A stretch of 64,000 bases of DNA from Candidatus Dormibacteria bacterium (lineage in GTDB: Bacteria; Chloroflexota; Dormibacteria; Aeolococcales; Aeolococcaceae): the NCBI GenBank assembly GCA_051002895.1, contig JBPCLW010000042.1, forward strand, positions 199,015 to 263,014, written 5' to 3'. Of the stretch, positions 43,051 through 52,633 are shown piece after piece. How positions within the stretch are numbered: the first letter of the stretch is position 1; every line of letters begins with the position of its first letter. Under the pieces are notes generated by a model. That model was not told where the DNA came from. It did not search any database and was given only the letters and a program-made list of their open reading frames with translations. Made by a program: the position numbers and the translations under genes.

Positions 43051-45891
43051 ATGACCCTGACGCTCGATGACCGCCAGCGTCAGGCGATTGATCACGGTGC
43101 CGGGCCCTGCCTGGTGCTCGCCGGACCGGGCAGCGGCAAGACGCGTGTGATTGTCCAACGCTTCCTGCGGCTCATCGCCGCGGGAACGCCCGGGGACAGG
43201 CAGGTGGTTCTCACCTATACGCGAAAAGCTGCTGTGGAGATGCGCGAGCGCGTCGAAAGCACGATCGGCCCCCTCCCCGACGACCCACCGCTGACGAACT
43301 ACCACTCCTTCGCACAACAGGTGCTCCGGCGTTGGGCGTGGCGCCTCGGTATCTCCCCCGCCTTCCGCATCGCCGACCCCGCCGAACGCTGGCTGGAGGT
43401 CGACGCCATTCTCAGCGAACTGCGGCCGATCACCCTCCACAATCCGCTGCGCCCCCAGGATCTGGTTGATGGGATTCTCGACCTCATTGGTCAGGCTAAG
43501 CAGGAGTTGGTCACGCCGCCGCAGTACGCCAGGTGGGCGGAGCAGCGGACGGAGGAGTGCCGAGACGAGGCGGAGCGCTTTCTGCTCCGCCGTCATGTGG
43601 AATGCGCCGAGGTATACCGGCAACTCGAAGAGCGCTACAAGCGGCGGGGCATTCTCGATCATGACGACACCATCCTTCACGCTCACACCCTGCTCTCCGA
43701 GTATCCCGACGTCCGCGCCGCCGTCTGCGACCCCGTCGAGATGGTCATGGTCGACGAGTACCAGGACACGAACTACGCGCAAGCACGACTCGTCGAGGCT
43801 CTCGTCCGCGATAACGGAAACCTCCTCGTGGTCGCCGACGACGACCAGTCGATCTACAAATTTCGCGGCGCCTCCCTCGCCAACCTCGATCGCTTCGCCC
43901 GGCTCTACCCAGATCACGTTCGTGTCGTTCTCAGCAACAACTATCGCTCCACCAGCCAGATCGTGGCTGTTAGCCGTGCCGTCATCACGGCTGCTCAGCC
44001 AGAGTCGCGCATCGACAAGCACCTGGTTGCAAAACACGGTACGGGTGCCAGCGTCGAGGTATGGCGCGGCGACGATGATCGCTCCGAGATGCGGGCGGTG
44101 GCAACCGAATGCCGACGGCTCATCGGCTTGGGCACGTCCGCAGGCGACATCGCCTGGCTCTTCCGCCGTCACGACGACATGCGTGGAGCCATCCGCGCCC
44201 TGCAGGAGGCGGGAGTCCCCCACCTCGTCCACGGGGGACGGGGATTCTTCCAGCAACGCGATGTCAAGGATGTCATCGCGCTGCTCAGCGCCGTTCTCGA
44301 TCCCAACGATTCGCAGTCGCTGCTCCGCTGCCTCAACCTCCCCCACTACGCGGTGGGCAACCCCGGCCGTCTCGCCCTCTCGCGGGCCGCAGTCGAGAAC
44401 GACATGCCCCTAGCCTCGGTCATCGCTGCAGGCGGTGGCGACCTCGACGCTGCCGACAGCGCGGCAGCAAAGCGCTGCGTTGAGACACTCGTCAAGTTGC
44501 ATGGCCGGGTGACCCGCGACGACGTTCGCGATCTCTTCTATGCGGTGCTCGAGGAGTCGCGATTCCTCGGCGCTCTCGAGGATATGGAGAGCGCTGCGGC
44601 AGCCCAGATCGGTGCCAACCTCAATCGTCTCGGAGAACTCCTCGAGACCTTTGCCGACTGGAGCGACGACCGCAGCTTGGCGCGTGCATTGCGGTACCTG
44701 AGTGTGCTCCGCGCCTGCGGAGGCGCCGACGAAGTGCCCCGCGCAGAGGTTGGGTCCACCGGCCTGACCCTGATCACTGCCCACTCGGCGAAGGGTCTGG
44801 AATGGCCCGTGGTCATCATGTCTCGCTGTATTGAGTCGCGCTGGCCCGGCACTCCGGGAGCCGCCTCCCGTCTCGGCCTGCCCGATGACCTCGTTCCCGA
44901 TACCCCGCCTCCCGGGGACGGTCACCGCGACGAGGAGCGTCGGCTCTTCTACGTCGCTCTGAGCCGTGCCCGCGACCGGCTCATCCTGACCTCCGCGCGC
45001 CGATATTCGCACTCCTGGCAGGACGAGAGGGTGACACCATTCCTCGAGCCGTTGGACCACCTCGAGGGTGCGGTGACCAAGAGGGCCCTTCCCCCGGGCG
45101 GCCCCCCGCAAACCCTGCGTCCCGCCGAGATGCTTGGGGTGCCACCGGTCCGGGTGCGGGCATCGATCTCCGACCTTGTCGCCTTCAAGGACTGCCCCCG
45201 GCGTTATGCCTACCGCGCCGTATATCACCTCCCCGTGCCGGAATCCCTACAGCGCTGGTACGGGGTTCTCGTCCACGACGTCTTGCAGAGCGCCGCGACC
45301 CAGCGCCGGAGTGGCCTCGACGTTGGCGGGGATGCGGTGATTGCCCTGTGGCGGGAGGCCTGGGACACGGCCCGCGGACCCAAGGGAGCGGGAGCCGACC
45401 TCAGTGCCCTCGGTGAGTCCCAACTGTCCCGGTACGCGGCGTCAAGCGCCTGGTACAGCCGCCGTATCGTCGGGGTCGAGGAACCCTTCGTCATCGATGT
45501 CGACAGCGCCGATATCAGTGGCCGCTATGACCGCCTCGACGACGGTGAGCAGGCACCCATCGTCGTCGACTACAAGACCGGGCCACCACGGACCGAGGCC
45601 GAGGCGAAGCGGGACCTGCAGGTGCGGGGTTACGCGCTGGCCATGGCGCGGCGCACACGCGCGGAGCGCGTCACCGTGGAATTGCACTGGCTGCAGACTG
45701 CCGAAGTCACCAGCGTCACCTTCGATCGCTCCGGACTTGGTACTGCGTCCGGCCATATCGACGGCGCAGCGCGTGAACTCGCCGCAGCTGCACAAGATCG
45801 GGACTTCCCCACCAAACCGTCAGCCTGGAAGTGCCGCAACTGCGACTACCGGACAATCTGCGATGAGGGGCGCAACGCCGGAGGGAGCTGA
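43051..45891 (+). CDS. UvrD/PcrA-like helicase fused to RecB-like PD-(D/E)XK nuclease with four-Cys cluster
   Basis: AGPGSGKT, DEYQD, QSIYKFRGA, NYRS, H.AKGLEW, EERRLFYVA..RAR; CPRRY...GRYDR...VDYKTG...Q...Y...CRNCDYRTIC. Confidence 0.93.
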   Translation: MTLTLDDRQRQAIDHGAGPCLVLAGPGSGKTRVIVQRFLRLIAAGTPGDRQVVLTYTRKAAVEMRERVESTIGPLPDDPPLTNYHSFAQQVLRRWAWRLGISPAFRIADPAERWLEVDAILSELRPITLHNPLRPQDLVDGILDLIGQAKQELVTPPQYARWAEQRTEECRDEAERFLLRRHVECAEVYRQLEERYKRRGILDHDDTILHAHTLLSEYPDVRAAVCDPVEMVMVDEYQDTNYAQARLVEALVRDNGNLLVVADDDQSIYKFRGASLANLDRFARLYPDHVRVVLSNNYRSTSQIVAVSRAVITAAQPESRIDKHLVAKHGTGASVEVWRGDDDRSEMRAVATECRRLIGLGTSAGDIAWLFRRHDDMRGAIRALQEAGVPHLVHGGRGFFQQRDVKDVIALLSAVLDPNDSQSLLRCLNLPHYAVGNPGRLALSRAAVENDMPLASVIAAGGGDLDAADSAAAKRCVETLVKLHGRVTRDDVRDLFYAVLEESRFLGALEDMESAAAAQIGANLNRLGELLETFADWSDDRSLARALRYLSVLRACGGADEVPRAEVGSTGLTLITAHSAKGLEWPVVIMSRCIESRWPGTPGAASRLGLPDDLVPDTPPPGDGHRDEERRLFYVALSRARDRLILTSARRYSHSWQDERVTPFLEPLDHLEGAVTKRALPPGGPPQTLRPAEMLGVPPVRVRASISDLVAFKDCPRRYAYRAVYHLPVPESLQRWYGVLVHDVLQSAATQRRSGLDVGGDAVIALWREAWDTARGPKGAGADLSALGESQLSRYAASSAWYSRRIVGVEEPFVIDVDSADISGRYDRLDDGEQAPIVVDYKTGPPRTEAEAKRDLQVRGYALAMARRTRAERVTVELHWLQTAEVTSVTFDRSGLGTASGHIDGAARELAAAAQDRDFPTKPSAWKCRNCDYRTICDEGRNAGGS

Positions 45892-45898
45892 GCCCAGA

Positions 45899-46327
45899 TC
45901 AGGCCGCGGGGTGGAAGTGACGCCAAGTTCCCGCGTGCAAGGACTCGTCGGGGAGCTCGACATCGTCGGGCAACTCGGTCCGCCAGGGCAGCATGAGATC
46001 GAACACGATCTCCTGAATGGTCCAGAGCATGTCCATGACCTCGGTGACCTTGGCCTGACGCCGATTGAGGACCTCTTCGACATGGCGGTGCGCGGCCTCG
46101 TCGCCGGTGAGACGTACAGCCTTGCAAGCGAAACCAAAAACGCGCTGGGCCCGCCCGGCGACCTCCGGGGGCACCTCCTTGATACCCTGGAGATGGGTCT
46201 CCTCGCACAGTTCGATGGCGCTGTCGAGGCGCTCGATCAGACGGCGAAGGCGCGTCCGCTCGACCGCGTCCTGGCGATGGCGCTTTCGGGCGACATGCAC
46301 CTCTTGGGTGGCGTTCTCAATCAACAA
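45899..46327 (-). CDS. Hypothetical protein (paralogue of 18678..18974)
   Basis: TTG start with AAGGAG SD; 142 aa; shared RLD..I.L.E..H motif. Confidence 0.7.
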   Translation of the reverse strand: MLIENATQEVHVARKRHRQDAVERTRLRRLIERLDSAIELCEETHLQGIKEVPPEVAGRAQRVFGFACKAVRLTGDEAAHRHVEEVLNRRQAKVTEVMDMLWTIQEIVFDLMLPWRTELPDDVELPDESLHAGTWRHFHPAA

Positions 46328-46430
46328 TGGAGCTCTCCTTGGCGCCGCAACGCCCGCCGTCACAACCTCGGGACAAGACTATCGATCTCGGTCATTGACA
46401 TCAACAGCCAGAATCGGGTCACATTGATGC

Positions 46431-47345
46431 ATGGATCGCATCAATGTCGACCTACTGCGAACGTTTGTCGAGGTCGCCCGGCTGGAACACCTCGGTCGTG
46501 CCGCTGACGTCCTCCAGAATGATCAGTCAACGGTCAGCCGCAAGATCGGCCGCCTGGAGAAGGAGGTCGGCGTCCCGCTGTTCGAGCGCATCGGCCGCTC
46601 GATTCGGCTCACCCAGGCTGGCAAGCGGCTGGTCGGCCGGGCCGAGCGCATGCTGACCGACATCCGCGACGCCGTCGCCGAGGCCGCCGGGACAGTCTCC
46701 GCAGAGGCCGGGAAGGTCCACATCGGCTTCCTCCATACTGTGGGCGCCCGCTGGCTCCCCGAGCGCCTGGCCCGCTTCCTCAGCTCGTACCCCGAAGTCA
46801 GCTTTGTCCTCACTGAGGGCACGACCTCCGAGGTCGTCGCCGGCCTACTTGACGGCCGCTTCGACATTGGCATCCTCGGCCCCCCCCCGGTCAACACCCC
46901 GGAACTCCACGTGCTGCCCCTCTTCCGTGAGCGCGTCTCGGTGGTGGTCCCGGCCCAGCACCGCCTGGTGGGACGCTCCTCGGTCACCCTCCACGACATC
47001 GCCGACGAGCAACTCATCCTCCCGCGCTCCCGCAGCGGTCTGCGCCGGGTTATCGATGACGCCTTTGCCCGCCAGGGGCTCGCCGAGCGCGTAGCCTACG
47101 AAGGAGACGATTTCACCATCGTCCAGGGTCTCGTCGAGGCCGGACTCGGCATCAGCCTGTTGCCGATGCCGCTGCCGATGCCCTCGAGCCGGGTTGCCGT
47201 CATACCGCTTCGTGATCCACCCATCGCGCGCACCATGGCGCTGTGTTGGGATGAGCGACGCACGCTACCGCCGGCGGCGGATCTCTTCATCCATCGGCTG
47301 AATATCGACCCGGGTGAGTCCTACCAGGGCCCCGGTTCCGGCTAA
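46431..47345 (+). CDS. LysR-family transcriptional regulator
   Basis: LRTFVEVAR...AA..L...QSTVSRKI..LE.EVGVPLFER.GR..RLT.AG plus substrate-binding domain. Confidence 0.96.
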   Translation: MDRINVDLLRTFVEVARLEHLGRAADVLQNDQSTVSRKIGRLEKEVGVPLFERIGRSIRLTQAGKRLVGRAERMLTDIRDAVAEAAGTVSAEAGKVHIGFLHTVGARWLPERLARFLSSYPEVSFVLTEGTTSEVVAGLLDGRFDIGILGPPPVNTPELHVLPLFRERVSVVVPAQHRLVGRSSVTLHDIADEQLILPRSRSGLRRVIDDAFARQGLAERVAYEGDDFTIVQGLVEAGLGISLLPMPLPMPSSRVAVIPLRDPPIARTMALCWDERRTLPPAADLFIHRLNIDPGESYQGPGSG

Positions 47346-47467
47346 ACGGGTACTCAGTGGCAAGCCCTTTCATGGACGCAGCGTGACCCTGCTGAAGATT
47401 CGACCCTGAAACTCAATCGCCAAATTACCTTCGCAGAAGAATCGCGTCGCGTCCGCCGCTCACTAGC

Positions 47468-48784
47468 CTACGGCGCCAGGCGATTGATGTCCCGCGGGAA
47501 AAGAGTGGTCTCACGAATGTTCTGCGCGTTGACAAGGCGGGCAACAAAACGCTCGAGGCCAATTGCAAAGCCACCGTGCGGGGGCATCCCATGGCGGAAG
47601 GCCATGAGATATTCGGCGTAATGCTCGGGGTTGTCACCCCGCTCCGTGAGCGCTGCGACGTAGTCCGCGTAGCGGTGCAGCCGTTGGCCGCCAGTGACCA
47701 ACTCGACACCACGGAACAGCAGATCGAAGCCCCGGGAGAATCCCGGTCGAGAGGGATCGGGATGGGTGTAGAAGGGCCGCTTCCTAATCGGATACCCGCG
47801 TATGAATACGAACGCCGAATTGTGCTCCCTCAACGCCCATTCACCAAGCCACCGCTCATTCGCCGGGGACAGATCGGGCTCATTGGCCAGGTCCTCTCCA
47901 GTTGCGGCGGTGATGAGCGCCTGCGCCTCACTGAAGTGGATGTCGGGGACAACGTCGGGGACGTCGGGCAGCTCGACCTTCAGGACGTCGAGCGCGGCGC
48001 GTGCATGCCCCTCGAGTCCCCCCATCATCCCCGCTAGTACCGTCGTGAGCACGCTCATCACGGTGTACTCGTCATCGATGAAGCCCATCTCCGCATCCAG
48101 GGACACGTACTCGTTGACGTGTCTCGCAGTATCGTGGGGCTCGGCGCGAAACACTGGTCCGACCTCATAGACGCGCTCGAAGACGCCAACCATGATCTGC
48201 TTGTAGAACTGCGGACTCTGCGCCAAGTAGGCGCGTCTTCCGAAGTAGTCGAGGGTGAACGTGGTCGCTCCAGACTCGGTTGCCGACGAGACTATCTTCG
48301 GCGTCTGTATCTCGGTGAACGAGTGTTTCTCGAGTGAATGGCGGAAACCTGCCATGGATGCCGCCTGCATTTGGAAGTACGCCCTCAGGCGAGGATGGCG
48401 GAGCGCCACGGGTGCGGCGTCAAGGATGGTGGGCAGCTGGGCCTTGATGACTGGGCGGTACAGGTCGAACGGCGGGGGTTCCTCCGCTTCACACAGCACC
48501 ACGACCTCAGGATCATGGAGTTCCACCCCGTTGGGCGCCTGCTCGACGGCGGTGACCGTCCCGGTGACGGCAATGACCGAATCGTTGACCAAGGACGCGA
48601 CCTGCCCGACCACAGCCGGGTCGGTGATCACCACCTGGGCGATACCCCGAGCGTCACGGACGATGAGGAAACTGACCTCGGAAAGCTGACGGAACCGGTG
48701 CAGCCAGCCACGCAGTACGACGCGTTCGCCGACGTGACCGGCCAGCTCGGCTGTCCAGATGCGGTCGTAGAGTGCGTGGGCCAT
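47468..48784 (-). CDS. aspS: Short (archaeal/Deinococcus-type) aspartyl-tRNA synthetase, probably non-discriminating
   Basis: OB fold, YLAQSPQ.YKQ, FRAE, GGQR.H, MPPHGGFAIGLERF; 438 aa without GAD insertion; QAP.G loop. Confidence 0.9.
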   Translation of the reverse strand: MAHALYDRIWTAELAGHVGERVVLRGWLHRFRQLSEVSFLIVRDARGIAQVVITDPAVVGQVASLVNDSVIAVTGTVTAVEQAPNGVELHDPEVVVLCEAEEPPPFDLYRPVIKAQLPTILDAAPVALRHPRLRAYFQMQAASMAGFRHSLEKHSFTEIQTPKIVSSATESGATTFTLDYFGRRAYLAQSPQFYKQIMVGVFERVYEVGPVFRAEPHDTARHVNEYVSLDAEMGFIDDEYTVMSVLTTVLAGMMGGLEGHARAALDVLKVELPDVPDVVPDIHFSEAQALITAATGEDLANEPDLSPANERWLGEWALREHNSAFVFIRGYPIRKRPFYTHPDPSRPGFSRGFDLLFRGVELVTGGQRLHRYADYVAALTERGDNPEHYAEYLMAFRHGMPPHGGFAIGLERFVARLVNAQNIRETTLFPRDINRLAP

Positions 48785-48866
48785 GAACCGGGGATTCTAC
48801 CGGGCGATCGCCGCTGGAATCGCGCCCCGGGCCGGCAGGCAGGCACCGCTAGACTTGGTCGACCTC

Positions 48867-50522
48867 ATGGCCCTCGTCCTCTTCGCTATCGCTGCACTGC
48901 TTTTGGTCGGCGCCGCCATCGCGGTGGCGTCGAGTAGCCGCCGACGCGTTCCTAACGCGAGCACAGGAGCGCCCGAGCGGGGATGGGCCGCCGCCCGAAC
49001 CGACGCCGCCGACGTCGTCGACCGGGCCCGCCGGGCGGCGCTCACCATCCGTGAGGCCGTCAGCGTCGAGGTCGACATGCGCCACGAAGCGCTGGAGGCG
49101 CGCACCGCTGCCCTTGATGAAAAGGAGCGGAGCTGGGAGGAGCGCCGCGGCATCTTTGAGGAGCGGCGCTTCGCCCACAAGAAGCGACGGGAGGAGATCG
49201 AAGCCCGCAGCGAGACCGTGAATGAGCAGCGCAGGGGCGCCGCGACGACCATCCTCGACCGGGCCGTGCTGACCCGAGACACGGCCGTGCACCTGATACT
49301 CGACCGCCTGCAGGCTGAGCTCGCCGCCGAGCACGCGGAGCAGGTCGAGCGGGCGGTGAGCAACCGCATCGGCGATGTCCTGCCCGCCACCCGAACCCTG
49401 CTGGTCGCGGCGATGGAGCGCCAGAGCGGTTCCCACGCCGACACCGCACCCCGGCTCTCTCCGCTGCCCTTCGCGGGGGTCGACGATGTCCAACGCGAGC
49501 GCCTTCTTTCCGCGCTCGCTGTCGTTGCCGAGGGCACCACCACCGACCTCGCCGTCGACGAGGAGCGCCAGCAGGCGACGCTGCGTGGCCTCGATCCCAT
49601 CGGTCGGGAGGTCGCCCGCCAGGCAGCTCTCGAAGTCCTCGACCGACGCATCCAGGCCGAGGCGGTGCCCCCGCTCCTGCAGCGCACCCGTGCATCGCTG
49701 GCGACGCGCATCTCTGAGATCGGTGAGCGCTCGCTCTGGGAAATGCAGATGTGCGGCCGCCCGGAACTGGCCGAACTCATGGGTGTCCTCCACTACCGGT
49801 TCTCCTATGGACAGAACGCGCTGCTCCACTGCAAGGAGACGGGGTACATCTGCGGGGCTCTCGCCGCTGAGCTGGGCATGACCCAAGCCCAAGCACGTGA
49901 GGCGGGGATGCTCCACGACATCGGCAAGGCCGCCGACCACGATGTCGAGGGATCGCACGCCATCATCGGCGGTGAGCTCCTCCGCCTCATGGGCACGGAC
50001 CAGGGAATCGTTCATGCCGTCAAGGCGCACCACTTCGATGAGGAGCCCTCAACCGACCTCGCCATGCTCACCATCTGCGCCGACGCCATCAGCGCCTCGC
50101 GGCCCGGTGCCCGGCGCGACACCCTGGCCGCGTACCTGGCCCGACTCGAACAGCTCCAGACCATTGCCACGCGGCACACCGGGGTGGAACGCGCCTTCCC
50201 CCTCCAGGCAGGCCGCGAGGTGCGCATCTTCGTACGCGCCCGCCAGGTGAAGGACGAGCAGATCGCCGGCCTCTCCCACGAAATCGCTCGAGAAATCGAG
50301 GACGAGATGCAGTACCCGGGGGTCATCAAGGTCCTGGTGATCCGTGAGACCACGGCGACGGCCACCGCTCCCGCCCAGGTGGGCCGCGCGGCAGTGGAGA
50401 CGCCAGGTCTCGCCGTGGCCGCATCATCTGCACCGAAGCGGCGCCGCCGCAAGCGCAAACGGCGAGAGGGTAGTGACACCGGCTCCGGGGAGACCTCAGT
50501 GGTCACCGCCGAGCCGGCCTAA
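48867..50522 (+). CDS. rny: RNase Y homologue with degenerate KH domain
   Basis: TM helix, coiled coil, R.SYGQN.L.H, LHDIGKA, AHH, ADAISASRPGAR, QAGREVR, YPG.IKV.VIRE. Confidence 0.88.
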   Translation: MALVLFAIAALLLVGAAIAVASSSRRRVPNASTGAPERGWAAARTDAADVVDRARRAALTIREAVSVEVDMRHEALEARTAALDEKERSWEERRGIFEERRFAHKKRREEIEARSETVNEQRRGAATTILDRAVLTRDTAVHLILDRLQAELAAEHAEQVERAVSNRIGDVLPATRTLLVAAMERQSGSHADTAPRLSPLPFAGVDDVQRERLLSALAVVAEGTTTDLAVDEERQQATLRGLDPIGREVARQAALEVLDRRIQAEAVPPLLQRTRASLATRISEIGERSLWEMQMCGRPELAELMGVLHYRFSYGQNALLHCKETGYICGALAAELGMTQAQAREAGMLHDIGKAADHDVEGSHAIIGGELLRLMGTDQGIVHAVKAHHFDEEPSTDLAMLTICADAISASRPGARRDTLAAYLARLEQLQTIATRHTGVERAFPLQAGREVRIFVRARQVKDEQIAGLSHEIAREIEDEMQYPGVIKVLVIRETTATATAPAQVGRAAVETPGLAVAASSAPKRRRRKRKRREGSDTGSGETSVVTAEPA

Positions 50523-50566
50523 CCGTCGACACGCATCCACCGCCGCGACCGTCACGTAAGAGCCAG

Positions 50567-51004
50567 GTGATGACCTCGGCTCACACTACCGCCACTGGCT
50601 TGCGCATCCCCGTCCCAGCATCGGGAACCGCACGCAATGCCACCTGGATGGCGCGACTCGTCGGGGCTGCCCTGCTCATCGCCATCGGGGTCATTCATGT
50701 GGGCCTCGCCTCGATGTACATCGATCAGGCCGCGTACATCGGGATCCTCTTCTATGCACTTCTCCCCGCCGGGCTGATTGCGGCCGCCCTCATCATCGCC
50801 GGGATCCGCGGTGGATGGATCCTGGGAGTTCTTATCGCCGCCGGCGCCATCATCGGGCTGCTGCTGTCCAGCACCATCGGCCTTCCCCAATTCATGGACA
50901 GCCTCACCGCACCGGGAGCAACCCCGTCACTGCTCGTCGAGATCGCCTACATCGCGGTGTTCATCGTCAGTGCCCGCGTCAAGCGCAGCCCGCTAGGCCC
51001 CTGA
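50567..51004 (+). CDS. Small four-TM hypothetical membrane protein
   Basis: Four hydrophobic segments; IH, YIGILF, TIGLP and VE motifs. Confidence 0.75.
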   Translation: MMTSAHTTATGLRIPVPASGTARNATWMARLVGAALLIAIGVIHVGLASMYIDQAAYIGILFYALLPAGLIAAALIIAGIRGGWILGVLIAAGAIIGLLLSSTIGLPQFMDSLTAPGATPSLLVEIAYIAVFIVSARVKRSPLGP

Positions 51005-51008
51005 GGGA

Positions 51009-51815
51009 CTATCCGCGCAGGAAGCTGCTGATCACCTCGATGCTGGACTGAGGGTCCTCGTGGAAGAAGAGATGGCCGGCACCGGCAAGGAAGTGGTGCC
51101 GTGCAGTTGGGATGGCACGGACGAGCAGGCGGGCGCTCTCGACAGGGACGAGCGCATCGTCGGTCCCGTGCATGACCAGTGTGGGCGCGCTGATCTCCGT
51201 CAGCCGCCCGCTGATGTCCGACTCGCGAGAGGCACGAAACTGGGCGCTGAATCCGTGGGGATCGAGGAGATGGCCGGCACGGTAGCCAACCTCGGCCTCG
51301 ATAAAGCCGGGCTGCGCACCCTGGAAACGGGCGGAATAGAGGACGGTGCAGGCACGGCGATATGCGTCCTCGGGAGTGTGCGTCCCCATGCCGAGGAGCG
51401 CGGCGGTGGCGGCCGGATCCGCGGGAACGGCGTTGTATCGGCCAGGGCCGGTGGCCGCGAGCACGAGCCGGTCGATGCACTCTCCGTGCAGCACAGCGAC
51501 GTATTCGGCCGTCATGCCCCCCATCGACGCACCGAACAGATGGAAGCGCTGCGAGCCGGCGGCCTGGGCCACTGCCACGCAGTCCGCAGCCAGGCGCTCC
51601 ATGGAGTACGGCCCTCTGGGAACATCGGACTCCCCGGTTCCACGTGGGTCGTAGACAACGGTGCGATGACGCTGAGCAAGGCCGGGAATGATGGGAGCGT
51701 AGATGTGGCGGGTGGCTCCCAGACCGGGGATGAGGAGGAGCGTCGGGCCCTCCCCTTCCATGGTGTACCCGAGCCGTATCCCATCGTCGGTCAGGGCCAG
51801 GCCGGTGGTGGTCAC
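51009..51815 (-). CDS. Alpha/beta hydrolase
   Basis: DPRGTGES, GASMGG nucleophile elbow, HGTDD, GAGH. Confidence 0.92.
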   Translation of the reverse strand: MTTTGLALTDDGIRLGYTMEGEGPTLLLIPGLGATRHIYAPIIPGLAQRHRTVVYDPRGTGESDVPRGPYSMERLAADCVAVAQAAGSQRFHLFGASMGGMTAEYVAVLHGECIDRLVLAATGPGRYNAVPADPAATAALLGMGTHTPEDAYRRACTVLYSARFQGAQPGFIEAEVGYRAGHLLDPHGFSAQFRASRESDISGRLTEISAPTLVMHGTDDALVPVESARLLVRAIPTARHHFLAGAGHLFFHEDPQSSIEVISSFLRG

Positions 51816-51877
51816 CTCACCAGCATGGGGGGCAGCGCAGCGAGCACGTTCCCGCCGGCGAGGGGCACCATCAGTGG

Positions 51878-52633
51878 ATGCCGCGCTACCTCGTCCCTGC
51901 ATCCGCGTTCGAGGGAGACACCCTGCGGGTCGACGGTCACCTCGCCCGCCACCTCGCCCGTTCCCTGCGGGTGATCCATGGCGAACGGATCACCGTCGTC
52001 GACGACGCCGGCGTGGAGCATGGTGTGGTGATTGATCAGGTCTCCGCCCGCCTGCTCACCGCGCGCGTCGCCTGGAGCAGACCCGCAGCTGGGGAGCCGG
52101 CTCTTCAGCTGCACGTCGTGCATGCTCTCATCCGCGAATTCGCCGACGTTGTCGCTGACCTCACCCATGCTGGCGCCACAGCCATCTATCCAGTGCTCAC
52201 CAGCCGAACCGTCGTCCGGCCCCCGGCCAACCGCTGCCGGGGCCAAGTGGAGCGTTGGCAGACCGTCGCCGCCGAGGCCGCGCAACTGGCCGGCCGGGTC
52301 CGGGCCCCCGCTGTGAGTACGGTAGGGCGCCTCGCCGATGCCATGGCGGCTCTGCCGGAGCGAACGCGTATCCTCGCCTGTACCGTGGATGCACAAGCGC
52401 CACTCTCGCGCATCGACATCGACACCGCAGCTCCCCTGGCGTTGGTCATCGGCCCCGAGGGCGGCCTCGAGGCCGCGGAGCTCGCCGAGCTCATGGCCAG
52501 GGGAGCTACCTCCGTCCATCTCGGACCACGTGTGCATCCAGCCCGCAACGCTGGATCGCTCGCCCTCTCTCTGGCGCTCGCGCGCACTGGCTGCCTGGAC
52601 CACGCCCCACCTCCGCCACCATGGCCGGGGTGA
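51878..52633 (+). CDS. rsmE: 16S rRNA m3U1498 methyltransferase
   Basis: HL.RSLR, EAAQ..GR..P, IGPEGG, LGPR. Confidence 0.9.
   Translation: MPRYLVPASAFEGDTLRVDGHLARHLARSLRVIHGERITVVDDAGVEHGVVIDQVSARLLTARVAWSRPAAGEPALQLHVVHALIREFADVVADLTHAGATAIYPVLTSRTVVRPPANRCRGQVERWQTVAAEAAQLAGRVRAPAVSTVGRLADAMAALPERTRILACTVDAQAPLSRIDIDTAAPLALVIGPEGGLEAAELAELMARGATSVHLGPRVHPARNAGSLALSLALARTGCLDHAPPPPPWPG

Noticed and set aside
45150-45891. Cas4-like nuclease implying a CRISPR system
   Set aside because: Domain is fused to a UvrD helicase; no repeat-spacer array or cas1/cas2 seen in the window
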